IMG/VR virus record: IMGVR_UViG_3300026516_000166
Span: 3,510 to 67,509 of that record
From: a virus
Direction: 5' to 3' (one strand)
DNA: 64,000 nt
The notes under the pieces were generated by a model. The model was not told the DNA's origin and did no database searches. It was given only the letters and a program-made list of their open reading frames with translations. The number at the start of each line of letters is the position of its first letter. Position 1 is the stretch's first letter. Position numbers and translations under genes: made by a program. Shown one piece after another: positions 55,585 through 64,000 of the stretch.

Positions 55585-55986
55585 ATGCAGCTTGCCTTTC
55601 TATGACCGCCGTTGGAAAACTGTCCGAGATTGCATCGTTCAGCGCCGCGTCAATGCCTGCTTGAGGAGTGTCATGCCCAGAGGTCGAGTTTGCCCAAGGG
55701 CAGGCGAATTCCTTAAGTCATGGTTGACGCAACCACATCTTCCTCAGTGTCAATCATTCTACTCTCCGCTCCACGGACTGTCAAACGGTCCGGAAGCGGA
55801 AGACGAAGAGCGGCAACCACACCGCAGAAGGCAGAGAGTCAAGATGGGTGGCTTGTTTGCGGCGGGCGCTTGCGCTGCTTGGCGCAATGCGGTTTGCGGG
55901 TATAATGCTTCTCGTTATTGTTGAGCGGATTGACGGGGTTTGGCGCTCTGGCCGACCATCCCTGATCGACAAGGCGGTAGTCTCCG

Positions 55987-58146
55987 ATGCGACGGCTGTC
56001 CCAGAAGCGGCTCCTATGGCTGGCAAGCCTGGTCCTCACAGGCTTGACGGTCGTGTTCGGGATCCTCTGGGTCGTGCGCGGGTTGCGGCCAGCCATCGCG
56101 TGCGGCTTACTGGACTACGTAGGCAGCGGCGACTTGTCTGCGGCCTTTGCGTGCTTCGATCAGGCCGACTACGAAGCGCTGCTATTCGTCATCACGCTTC
56201 TGCTTAGTTTCGTGACAGGGAAAGCATCTCGTACGGCACCTGACACGCCGCTTGGGGAGTACCACCCAACGCCTGTCGAACAGGCACGCAACCGCAAGGG
56301 GATGATCGACCGGGTGTGGGCCATCTGGATCGAAGGCTATCTTGAGCAGGCACTCTATCAAGCCGTCCTGATGAGCCTGGGCATGACCTTGCGGCCCGCG
56401 GCCCTCCGGCCCGGCAGCGTGCGCCTGCGGCGGGCAGGCGGGGCAGAGCGCCCGGTGCCGGAGCACGTCCCCACCGTCCAGCTTTTTGACGAGGCCGGAC
56501 ATACGCTGCTGATCCTGGGCGAGCCAGGGTCGGGCAAGACTACCATGCTGCTCGACCTGGCGCGATCGCTGTTGGAGAGGGCCAGGGAGGACGAGAGCAC
56601 GCCCATCCCGGTGGTCTTCAACCTTTCGTCGTTGATCAACCATGAGCAATCGCTGGATGACTGGCTGGTGGGTGAGTTTCGCAGCAACTATCAGGTGCCA
56701 GAGAAGGTGACCCGTCACTGGCTTGCCCACAACGAACTGGCCCTGCTGCTCGACGGCCTGGACGAGGTGAGGGCGGATCAGCGGGCGAGCGTTGTCAAGA
56801 AGATCAACCAATACCGCGCGCAGCACATGGACCCCTGGCTGGTGATCTGTTGCCGTCAGAACGAGTACGCGGAGCTTGTCGCCGGCGAGGCGGCAGTAGA
56901 GGGCTTGGATGCGGTGATGTTGCTACCGCTGACGCAGGCGCAGATCAAGGGCTACCTGGCAGACTTGACAGGGGATGAGCCAAAACGGCTATGGCGAGCG
57001 TTACAAGACGATGACGTGCTCTTGGAGTTGGCCGACACGCCGCTGATGCTCAACGTCATGCTGCTGGCGGCCGAGCGGTTGGACTGGAGCGCCTTGCCGT
57101 CGGAACAGGGTCCTTACGAGGTGCGCTCGAACATCTACGACGCCTACATTCGAAGCATGCTGGCGCGGTCCCGCAAGACTGGCAGGCGTTACCCGAATGG
57201 TGAGACGCTCAGATGGCTTCATTGGTTGGCATGGACGATGGTTGCCCACCTTCAGACTGTGTTTTTGTTCGAGCGCATGGGACGCAGTTGGTTCAACCTA
57301 CCTTGGCATCGTATTACGTGGGTGCTGGTTTTCGTACTGATTCTTGGGTTGATTTTCGGGCTGAGTGTCGGGTTGATTATCGGGCCGATTTACGGACTGA
57401 TGTACGGGCTGCTTTTCGGGCTGTTTCTCGGGACGAGTTTCGGGCTTAGTGAAGACGCGATGACTAGCATTTATTTCGATTATTACATTCGCTTCCGGCT
57501 CAAAAAGCGCGGGCTAAGTGACGGTCTGATTCACTGGCTGATTTACGGACTGATGTACGGGCTGATTAGCGGGCTGTCAGGTGGGCTGCTTTTCGGCATG
57601 CTCTTAGTTGTGCTTTTCGGCGAGCTTTTCGGAGTGCTTTTCGGCGCGATTCTTGGCCTAATTGGCGGGTTGATTGGTGGACTGTTTTTCGTACTGATTG
57701 ACCAATCAGCTGCATTTGAGGGAAACTCAAGGGCTTCACGACCCAACAGCGCAGTCCATCATTTATTACGCAGCGGACTGATTGGAGGGCTGGTCTTTGG
57801 GCTGATTGGTGGGTTGATTGGTGGGTTGATTGGTGGCCTGATTGACGTGCTGATTGAGGTGCGAAGTGTTGGGTTGGTGTTCGGACTGAGTGGTGGGCTG
57901 GTTTTCGGACTGAGTGGCGGGCTGATTTACGGTTGGGAAACCGCCATCAAACACTACACCCTCCGCCTCGTCCTCTTCCTCGACGGCTCCATGCCCCTCA
58001 ACTACGTCCCGTTCCTGAACTATTGCGTGGACCGCGTCCTCCTGCGGCGCGTCGGCGGCGGCTACATGTTCATCCACCGCACGATGATGGAGCACATCGC
58101 AGGTCTTGACCTGGAGAAGTGGAAGGAGCAGCCGGATAGCCCATGA
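55987..58146 (+). CDS. NACHT NTPase with N-terminal TM and C-terminal GLxxG membrane repeats
   Basis: GEPGSGKTT, LLDGLDEV, CCR..EY, TPLML, GLIGG repeats, RRVGGGYMFIH. Confidence 0.9.
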   Translation: MRRLSQKRLLWLASLVLTGLTVVFGILWVVRGLRPAIACGLLDYVGSGDLSAAFACFDQADYEALLFVITLLLSFVTGKASRTAPDTPLGEYHPTPVEQARNRKGMIDRVWAIWIEGYLEQALYQAVLMSLGMTLRPAALRPGSVRLRRAGGAERPVPEHVPTVQLFDEAGHTLLILGEPGSGKTTMLLDLARSLLERAREDESTPIPVVFNLSSLINHEQSLDDWLVGEFRSNYQVPEKVTRHWLAHNELALLLDGLDEVRADQRASVVKKINQYRAQHMDPWLVICCRQNEYAELVAGEAAVEGLDAVMLLPLTQAQIKGYLADLTGDEPKRLWRALQDDDVLLELADTPLMLNVMLLAAERLDWSALPSEQGPYEVRSNIYDAYIRSMLARSRKTGRRYPNGETLRWLHWLAWTMVAHLQTVFLFERMGRSWFNLPWHRITWVLVFVLILGLIFGLSVGLIIGPIYGLMYGLLFGLFLGTSFGLSEDAMTSIYFDYYIRFRLKKRGLSDGLIHWLIYGLMYGLISGLSGGLLFGMLLVVLFGELFGVLFGAILGLIGGLIGGLFFVLIDQSAAFEGNSRASRPNSAVHHLLRSGLIGGLVFGLIGGLIGGLIGGLIDVLIEVRSVGLVFGLSGGLVFGLSGGLIYGWETAIKHYTLRLVLFLDGSMPLNYVPFLNYCVDRVLLRRVGGGYMFIHRTMMEHIAGLDLEKWKEQPDSP

Positions 58147-58383
58147 ACTTGCAATCACAACCCCATGCCCACCCCCGCGCGCCGCGCTCGCTGCGGGCGG
58201 GGTCGCCTGCGCTGTTCTTGCGAAATATGCCGGAAAACATGATATAGATCATGGCCTCCAGAGCGGATTTCGGGTACAATCGCTTTCAGCAGACACCGTT
58301 GGGCCGGGAACTGCGGACGGGCCAACCGCACCCATCTTCACCCGGCGCACCGTCCAGTCAATCCTCGTTTCCGTGAGGCGCTG

Positions 58384-60003
58384 ATGGCTATCCCCACCGT
58401 CGATCAGCTTCTACAACCCACGCTGGACGCCCTGCGCGCCCTGGGTGGGACCGCGGCCATCCCCGCCATGACAGAACACGTCCTCGCTGCCCTTCAACTG
58501 CCACCCGAAGAAGCCGCCGAGCGCGACCCGCGCCACAACATGACCAAGGTGGAGTACCGGCTGGCCTGGGCGCGCACCTACCTCAAGAAGTACGGACTTG
58601 CTGAGGACATCCAGCGCGGCGTGTGGGCGTTGACCGAGAGGGGCAGGGCCACCCCACAAGTCGATCCCAAGGAAGTGGTCGCCTACATCAACTTGCTGAA
58701 GAAGCAGGCCAGGGTCGAGGCCGGCGAGACACCGATGGCAGCTCCAGCGGACAGCCAACCCGAAGACCTGCCTGTGGACGATCTCATCCAGGAGCTATCA
58801 CCCACCGGCGAACCAATCCGTTCTCTCACCCCTCACTTGCCCGACAACGCCAGCGCGCGCCACTTCATCACCATCATGGACGGGGTATCCGAGGGCTTGT
58901 TTCACGGTATGTACGCTGAACTCTGGACGCAACGGGGCAACCCTCAAGAGACGGTCGATTGGGCCGACCCTGATCAATGGATCCCGCAACGGTTGAGCGG
59001 CGAGCAGGAGGCGCTGGCCCTACGGCTGTGGCGGGAGTCGAAACACACCATCAACCCGCGCTATGCCAGGGGAGCCTGGACACTGGCATCACGGCACAAC
59101 TTGATCGCCGCCGATGGCGCTGTCTTGCGCCTTACCGACCGCGGCCGTCAGTTCATCGCTGAGCCTGCTGGCCGAGTGGTGGCCGAAATTGATGGGATTG
59201 AGGGAACGATTACGGTGCTGCGTCAGGTGGCTGAAAAGGGACCTGGCTGGCGTGGTGAGTTCCTGCCTGGTTTCACTGAGTTCTGCCACGCCTACACCAC
59301 CGCGCGCAGCGACAATGTTATCAAGAGCTACCTGTACAACCGTCTCAACAGCCTGGTTGAGCGCGGCTACGTGACCCGGCGCGGGCTGACTTACGAGATC
59401 ACCGACCTGGGTCTGGGCTATCTGGACGCCACCGCCAGCCTGATGCCCGGGCCGCCTGTCGTCGCCGGCCGCCGTTCGGATATCCACAAGCTCGCCAAGG
59501 AGTTGCGCCAGGAAGCCCGCGAGCAATTGGCCGACTACTTGGCGCACATGGACCCTTACAAGTTCCAGGGCTTGATTGGCGTCCTGCTAGAGGAAATGGG
59601 CTATGAGGATGTCCAAATCCAACCTCCCACTAACGATAGAGGCGTCGATGTGGTGGCGCACATCGAGCTCGGCATCAGTTCGGTACGCGAGGTGATCCAG
59701 GTCAAGCGGCACAGGAGCAGCCTCAACCGAACGGTTCTGGACCAACTGCGCGGTTCTCTGCATCGTTTCGGCGCAGTGCGCGGCACGGTGATCAGCACTG
59801 GCAAGTTCTCCAAGGGCGCGCAGGAGGCGGCCTTCGAGCGCGGCGCGGCCCCTATCACCCTCATCGACGGCGACAAACTGCTCGACCTGCTGACGGAACG
59901 CCAGATCGGCGTCACCCGCAAGTCCGTCGAGTACTACGAGTTCGACCCCGCCAAGCTGGTGCAGTTCGAGCAGGAGACTGGCGAGAACGGTGTGGTGGGA
60001 TGA
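58384..60003 (+). CDS. mrr: Mrr-family restriction endonuclease with extended central region
   Basis: Mrr_N (RLAWARTYLKKYGL..RGVWALT) and Mrr_cat (F..LI..LLEEMGY, DRGVD, IQVKR, LIDGDKL). Confidence 0.9.
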   Translation: MAIPTVDQLLQPTLDALRALGGTAAIPAMTEHVLAALQLPPEEAAERDPRHNMTKVEYRLAWARTYLKKYGLAEDIQRGVWALTERGRATPQVDPKEVVAYINLLKKQARVEAGETPMAAPADSQPEDLPVDDLIQELSPTGEPIRSLTPHLPDNASARHFITIMDGVSEGLFHGMYAELWTQRGNPQETVDWADPDQWIPQRLSGEQEALALRLWRESKHTINPRYARGAWTLASRHNLIAADGAVLRLTDRGRQFIAEPAGRVVAEIDGIEGTITVLRQVAEKGPGWRGEFLPGFTEFCHAYTTARSDNVIKSYLYNRLNSLVERGYVTRRGLTYEITDLGLGYLDATASLMPGPPVVAGRRSDIHKLAKELRQEAREQLADYLAHMDPYKFQGLIGVLLEEMGYEDVQIQPPTNDRGVDVVAHIELGISSVREVIQVKRHRSSLNRTVLDQLRGSLHRFGAVRGTVISTGKFSKGAQEAAFERGAAPITLIDGDKLLDLLTERQIGVTRKSVEYYEFDPAKLVQFEQETGENGVVG

Positions 60004-60029
60004 TTGAAGTCTCCTGATGTACCTCTTTG

Positions 60030-60043
60030 GTTACGATCATAAC
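60030..60043. promoter_or_regulatory. dispersed palindromic site
   Basis: GTTACGATCATAAC. Confidence 0.6.
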
Positions 60044-60259
60044 TCCAAGCAGGAAGCTAACAACTGGAAGACAACAAGATGCCAACACTGAAGAAGTACG
60101 TACCAAAGAGCGAAGCCGAACTTCATTTTGGCTTCTTGGGAAAGGTGGAATCTTCTGTATCGGAGCTGCTGTTGCACTTGAAGTTACGCATGTTGCGCAT
60201 GAATCAGTTACCCGTCTCTCTTGAAAGTGGGCGCATGGTGAATAAAGACCGGAGGTAGC

Positions 60260-61189
60260 ATGAAGACTCTACGCATCGACACGGACATGTGGCGCCAACG
60301 CTTTAGAGATCCGGCCTGGCAGTCTATTGGAGTACTTGTAACTCTGATTGCGCTTCTAATATCGATTGTTGTCGCATATGATGTCTTTCAGAAGTCGCAA
60401 TTGAAACCAGGACTCACTGTTGTTCTCACGCGAAAGTACCCGATCGTAGTATGGAGTCGGGACTTTGATCAGGAGGTCGAGGTCTATTTCCGCGGAGATA
60501 AAGCGCAGAATGTATCAAGTTTCTTCTTTACCCTAGAAAACACTGGCGGAAGTTCGATTCGACCTGACGACTATATTAAACCAATCCAACTTTCGATTGG
60601 AGAACCAGGACAAATAGCTAAAATCGCCATAGCAAGCAAACAACCGGGAAGTATCGATCTAGATGCAACTCAAGTGTCAACAAGGACCTTTGAGCTATCG
60701 AAATCCCTGCTCAATCCAGGAGACAGGGTTGAGTTCCAGCTAATTCTTGTGGACGAAGACGACCCATGGTCAAATGTTGAGCTCTATCAGAGTTCTGGGC
60801 GGGTCGTCGGTGTTTCGGACATTGCGATTCTCGACGGTAACGAGTCAAATGCTCTATCGTTCGTGACTCGAGGATACTTCACTTTCACCGTGATGAAAGT
60901 GTTAATACAAGCTATTATTGCTGCGTTACTATTCGGAGGAACTCTGGTGATCCTTCGGCGTGTCAATCCCGCTTACTGGAGTAGTAAGCTCATAGAATGG
61001 CGGATCATGGCAATCGCGTTCATGAGCGCATTTACTGTTGGCTATCTATACTCACTGGTGAGTTTTTTGTCTATCCGTCCAAGTGCTGATCAATTGAAGT
61101 TCTGGATTCCGGCTGTAGCTGGATTCGGCTTATTAGTCGGATTGTACTGGATATCGATCTTTGCCAGAATCCTGCGTAACCGTCGATAG
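60260..61189 (+). CDS. membrane protein with Ig-like extramembrane domain (low GC)
   Basis: SD GGAGG; N-terminal TM, LENTG..I..DY..PI, LLNPGD, three C-terminal TMs. Confidence 0.7.
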   Translation: MKTLRIDTDMWRQRFRDPAWQSIGVLVTLIALLISIVVAYDVFQKSQLKPGLTVVLTRKYPIVVWSRDFDQEVEVYFRGDKAQNVSSFFFTLENTGGSSIRPDDYIKPIQLSIGEPGQIAKIAIASKQPGSIDLDATQVSTRTFELSKSLLNPGDRVEFQLILVDEDDPWSNVELYQSSGRVVGVSDIAILDGNESNALSFVTRGYFTFTVMKVLIQAIIAALLFGGTLVILRRVNPAYWSSKLIEWRIMAIAFMSAFTVGYLYSLVSFLSIRPSADQLKFWIPAVAGFGLLVGLYWISIFARILRNRR

Positions 61190-61497
61190 TTGCCCAAAAA
61201 GCACTCAAATGAGCATACAGCTAAGCTCAGATCGATGCAGTCTGACTTCGTAAATGGGACTCACATCTTACATCGAAATTCACCGAAATTCAAGCACGAC
61301 CTCCAAGCTCGGACACGTCAAGCACCCACCAATCTCCTGGCTGACCAGTTTGCCGCCCACCGGCGCACCCTGGCGGGCAAGGCACCTTGGGCATATGAGC
61401 GTGTAGCTCATTGCGATCCTCCTTTGGCGCTCTGCAAGCCGCCCTCCTCGGCCAGCCGCCGAAACTGTGCCGCGTAGTAGGCCAGCCAGCCAGGGGC

Positions 61498-61713
61498 TTA
61501 GGGCATGAAGTAGCCGGGGATGAAGTCCTGCGGGTCGCCGTTCCAGTCGTGGAAGGCGCGCTCCAGGCGATCCTTCTCGTCGGGGTCAAATAGGTCGTAA
61601 GCCAGGTCGCTCATATCCTCGCAGACCTGGCGGGCGATGCTGTCCGATCCCTGATCAATTAGCTCGGCCAGGAACACAAGCTCCTTGGGGGTCAGTCCGT
61701 TGGGGTGAAACAT
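61498..61713 (-). CDS. hypothetical acidic protein
   Basis: follows the helicase loader gene. Confidence 0.5.
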   Translation of the reverse strand: MFHPNGLTPKELVFLAELIDQGSDSIARQVCEDMSDLAYDLFDPDEKDRLERAFHDWNGDPQDFIPGYFMP

Positions 61714-61715
61714 AG

Positions 61716-62540
61716 TCAGGCTCCTCTCGCGATCTTCCCGCGCGCATCCGGGGCGCTGATGTGGACATGCACCGCGGCCTTCAGGCGGCTAGCGATGCGG
61801 CCGTGGTACTGGCTGAACTCCCGCTCTGTCCAGTTGGACGTTACCACCGTGGGCAGGTCGTGGTTGACGCGGTAGTTGACCAGTTGATAGAGCTTCTCGC
61901 GCGCCCACGCCGTGTCCGACTGCGCGCCGAAGTCGTCCAGCGCCAGCAAGTCCACCGTGCGCACGGCCTCCCAGCGGTCGTCGAAGCGCACGCTCTCGTC
62001 GTCGTAGGCCGCGCGCAGGTGGTCGAGCAGGTCAGGGGCCACCACGAACAGCGCCGGCACGCCCCGGTCCAGCGCGGCCTGGGTGATCGCCACGGCCAGG
62101 TGCGTCTTGCCACAGCCGGGGCTGCCGGTCAGGAACAGGAAGCCGCGCGGGGCCGCGGCGAAGGTCTGCGCCTCCAGCAGGGCAAGCTCTAAACTCGCCC
62201 GCTGCCCATGGCCCATCTCCTCTGCGCTTCTCATTGTAAACGCATGGAAGGTCATGCCGGTCAGGATGCCGCTGATCCCGAACTTGCCGTAGTCCTTTGC
62301 CAGCCTCTTGGCCTTCAGCGTCGGGGCCAGGCACTTGGGGCAGGGCTGGGCCTTGCCGAAATCGGGGTGGCGCAGGGGCAGGTCGGCCACCACCCACTGC
62401 GCCCCGCCGCAGAAGTCACACGTGGGTTCAGACAGGAGCGGCGCTAAGGCGGGCGAGGCGCTCGCGGGCCTGGGCAATGCGGCGGTTAATCTCGTCAACG
62501 TCGCCCGGATCGGCTCCGGGGGCCGGGGTTGGGTGTGCAT
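61716..62540 (-). CDS. DnaC/IstB-like helicase loader ATPase
   Basis: CDFC...CPKC, GSPGCGKTHLA, LALDDFGA, LPTVVTSN, RIASRL. Confidence 0.9.
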   Translation of the reverse strand: MHTQPRPPEPIRATLTRLTAALPRPASASPALAPLLSEPTCDFCGGAQWVVADLPLRHPDFGKAQPCPKCLAPTLKAKRLAKDYGKFGISGILTGMTFHAFTMRSAEEMGHGQRASLELALLEAQTFAAAPRGFLFLTGSPGCGKTHLAVAITQAALDRGVPALFVVAPDLLDHLRAAYDDESVRFDDRWEAVRTVDLLALDDFGAQSDTAWAREKLYQLVNYRVNHDLPTVVTSNWTEREFSQYHGRIASRLKAAVHVHISAPDARGKIARGA

Positions 62541-63549
62541 GGGGGTCCTTTCGTGGGAGGGGGATGAGCTTCGCGGGTCCATTTTGGGGCGCGCCGTGGA
62601 CGTACCAGTCCAGCAGCCAGCCCTCGTAGTTCAGCGGGTTGTAGCCCTTGGCGACCCAGCGCTGGTAGACGGCGTTCATGCGCTCCGCGTCCACCTCGTC
62701 GCCCAGGGTCTCGGCGATCTTAGGCCACAACAGGCGCGGCGGCAAGATGCGCGTCACCGCCTGCACCGCGCGCACGGCCGGGGGTATCTCCTGGCGCGCC
62801 TTGCCCAGGTCGACGCCGGTAATGATCAAGACCGCCTTCTCGCCGATCCCGTCGATGCGCACGAGATCCTGCACCGTGGCGTCTCGCACCGTGGCCGGGC
62901 TGTACCCCGCGGCGATCAACGCCTTGACGTGGTTGGGGGTCAGCCCTTCCGGCCAATGCTCGATCCTGGTACCAGACAAAGCTGGCGGGCCGGTACAGGG
63001 CGGTGGGGCGGCAGCCTCTCTCTCTCCGTCAGGAGAGAGAGAAGACTCTGCTGTCTGTACTCTTGCTGTCTGTATTCTAATGCTTATGGAACCTGCAATT
63101 TTTTCAGGTTCAGTTCCTGAAATTTCTTCAGGTTCGGAAGGTGAAAAATTCTCAGGTTCGGAATATGCGGTTTTTTCATAATCGGGATCGACCAGCGCCA
63201 GCAGGGCCTCGTGCAGGGCGTCGAAGTCGATCCGGTAGTGCACCAGCGGCCGCCCCGCCACCATGCGCCGCGCGGTCTCCAGCACGCCCCGCTCCACGAG
63301 AGCGGCCGTGGCCTGGCGGATGTGGTACTCGCTCAGGGCCAGTTCCTCGGCCCACTGGTCGTAGGTCTTGTAGAACCAGCCGTCCTGCTGGGCGTAGTCC
63401 GACCAGTAGACGCATTGGGCCAGGAACGCGGCCTGCTCGTAGCTGCCCCCCGACAGCTTGAGGAACAGCCGCGGGATGGCGATGATGTTGGCCTGGCCGA
63501 CGAGACCTCGAATAAGGCCGTAGACGGCCTGGCGCTGCGCGGTCGGCAT
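62428..63549 (-). CDS. phage replication initiator protein
   Basis: AFLAQCVYWS..DGWFYKT..W.EEL.LS wHTH N-terminus, internal repeats, HhH-like IDGIGEK; upstream of DnaC-like gene. Confidence 0.8.
   Translation of the reverse strand: MPTAQRQAVYGLIRGLVGQANIIAIPRLFLKLSGGSYEQAAFLAQCVYWSDYAQQDGWFYKTYDQWAEELALSEYHIRQATAALVERGVLETARRMVAGRPLVHYRIDFDALHEALLALVDPDYEKTAYSEPENFSPSEPEEISGTEPEKIAGSISIRIQTARVQTAESSLSPDGEREAAAPPPCTGPPALSGTRIEHWPEGLTPNHVKALIAAGYSPATVRDATVQDLVRIDGIGEKAVLIITGVDLGKARQEIPPAVRAVQAVTRILPPRLLWPKIAETLGDEVDAERMNAVYQRWVAKGYNPLNYEGWLLDWYVHGAPQNGPAKLIPLPRKDPHAHPTPAPGADPGDVDEINRRIAQARERLARLSAAPV
63049..63165. repeat. iteron-like repeats inside initiator gene (candidate origin)
   Basis: TCAGGTTC at 63104, 63128, 63152 (24-nt period), TGCTGTCTGTA twice; AT-rich. 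Confidence 0.65.
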
Positions 63550-63562
63550 GGGGGTTGATCTC

Positions 63563-63919
63563 CTAGCGCTCCACCACCCGCACGTCGATGCCGTGGGTGT
63601 AGAGCAACAGCTTGGCCTTCAGGCGGAAGACCCGCCAGGCCCCGTCCTTGCGGCCTGCCCAGGCCGGCTTCACGTCCTCGACCACCAGACGGCCGTCCTC
63701 CTGGTACGAGAAGTCGGCCTCATACGTGATGGCCCGCACCTTCCGACCGTCCGGGCCGCTGAACGCGGGCTGTAGCGTCCAGCGCGGCCGGGTGCGCAGG
63801 TGCGCGATCTGCCCCGCCCGCGCCAGCATCAGCAACTCGCCGTAGCGGTCGGCCTCGGCCTGGCTGTCGAATGTGATGCCGTCGACTTGTACTTTGCGCG
63901 AGCGGTACTTGTTGTTCAT
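63563..63919 (-). CDS. DUF1064-family PD-(D/E)XK nuclease
   Basis: NKYRSRKVQVDGITFDSQAEADRY...YEADFSY...VEDVK. Confidence 0.85.
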   Translation of the reverse strand: MNNKYRSRKVQVDGITFDSQAEADRYGELLMLARAGQIAHLRTRPRWTLQPAFSGPDGRKVRAITYEADFSYQEDGRLVVEDVKPAWAGRKDGAWRVFRLKAKLLLYTHGIDVRVVER

Positions 63920-64000
63920 CGTCCAAATCCACCTTTGCCAGCAGGATAGCCAGCCCGGTCAGCGCGCGGATCAGGCGGGCCTTGTCTTCAGGCGGCGTCA

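Noticed and set aside
57330..57935. GLIGG/GLxxG nucleotide repeats
   Set aside because: They are explained by the membrane repeat region typical of this NACHT family.
3051..60043. GTTA...TAAC sites as integron attC sites or CRISPR repeats
   Set aside because: The core order is opposite to attC (RYYYAAC...GTTRRRY), there are no long stems or integron integrase, and spacing is irregular with no cas genes.
1..64000. Integrase, att sites, tRNA or rRNA genes
   Set aside because: None recognised, so integration status cannot be decided from this window.

Overview
This window is most of a GC-rich tailed (siphovirus-like) phage or prophage genome. No integrase, att site or genome end is visible. 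A Chloroflexota-type host is a tentative inference, from the GAAC-N4-GTTC SOS-like boxes and the CHAT-NACHT-FGE cargo. Layout: (1) FtsK-like ATPase and an XRE switch region (0-3.7 kb). (2) A tightly coupled enzyme operon just upstream of terminase (3.9-10.1 kb): ParB-like, C5-cytosine methyltransferase-like, ornithine cyclodeaminase-like, glutaminase-less asparagine-synthetase-like amide ligase, SpeD-SpeE fusion, second SpeD and CmoA carboxy-SAM synthase. (3) Packaging, head and tail genes (10.2-38.1 kb), interrupted by a reverse-strand CHAT-NACHT-FGE gene and containing an in-operon CHAT protease and a GT4 glycosyltransferase. (4) A leftward early region driven by four near-identical strong promoters, with an AAA ATPase/DUF3150 module (38-50 kb). 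(5) A lower-GC defence island: type IIG-like R-M, P63C, IS1595 remnant, NACHT-TM and Mrr (48-61 kb). (6) Replication genes (61.5-64 kb). The top candidate for a new system is the 3.9-10.1 kb operon. Its methyltransferase has GRAVPP in place of the canonical GNAVPP motif X and sits with CmoA, an amide ligase and a polyamine pathway, which suggests 5-carboxymethylcytosine further amidated with a polyamine. The second candidate is a 14-bp palindrome, GTTAY-N4-RTAAC, found about 17 times and mostly at gene starts. All family assignments are from motif recognition by eye; no searches were run.
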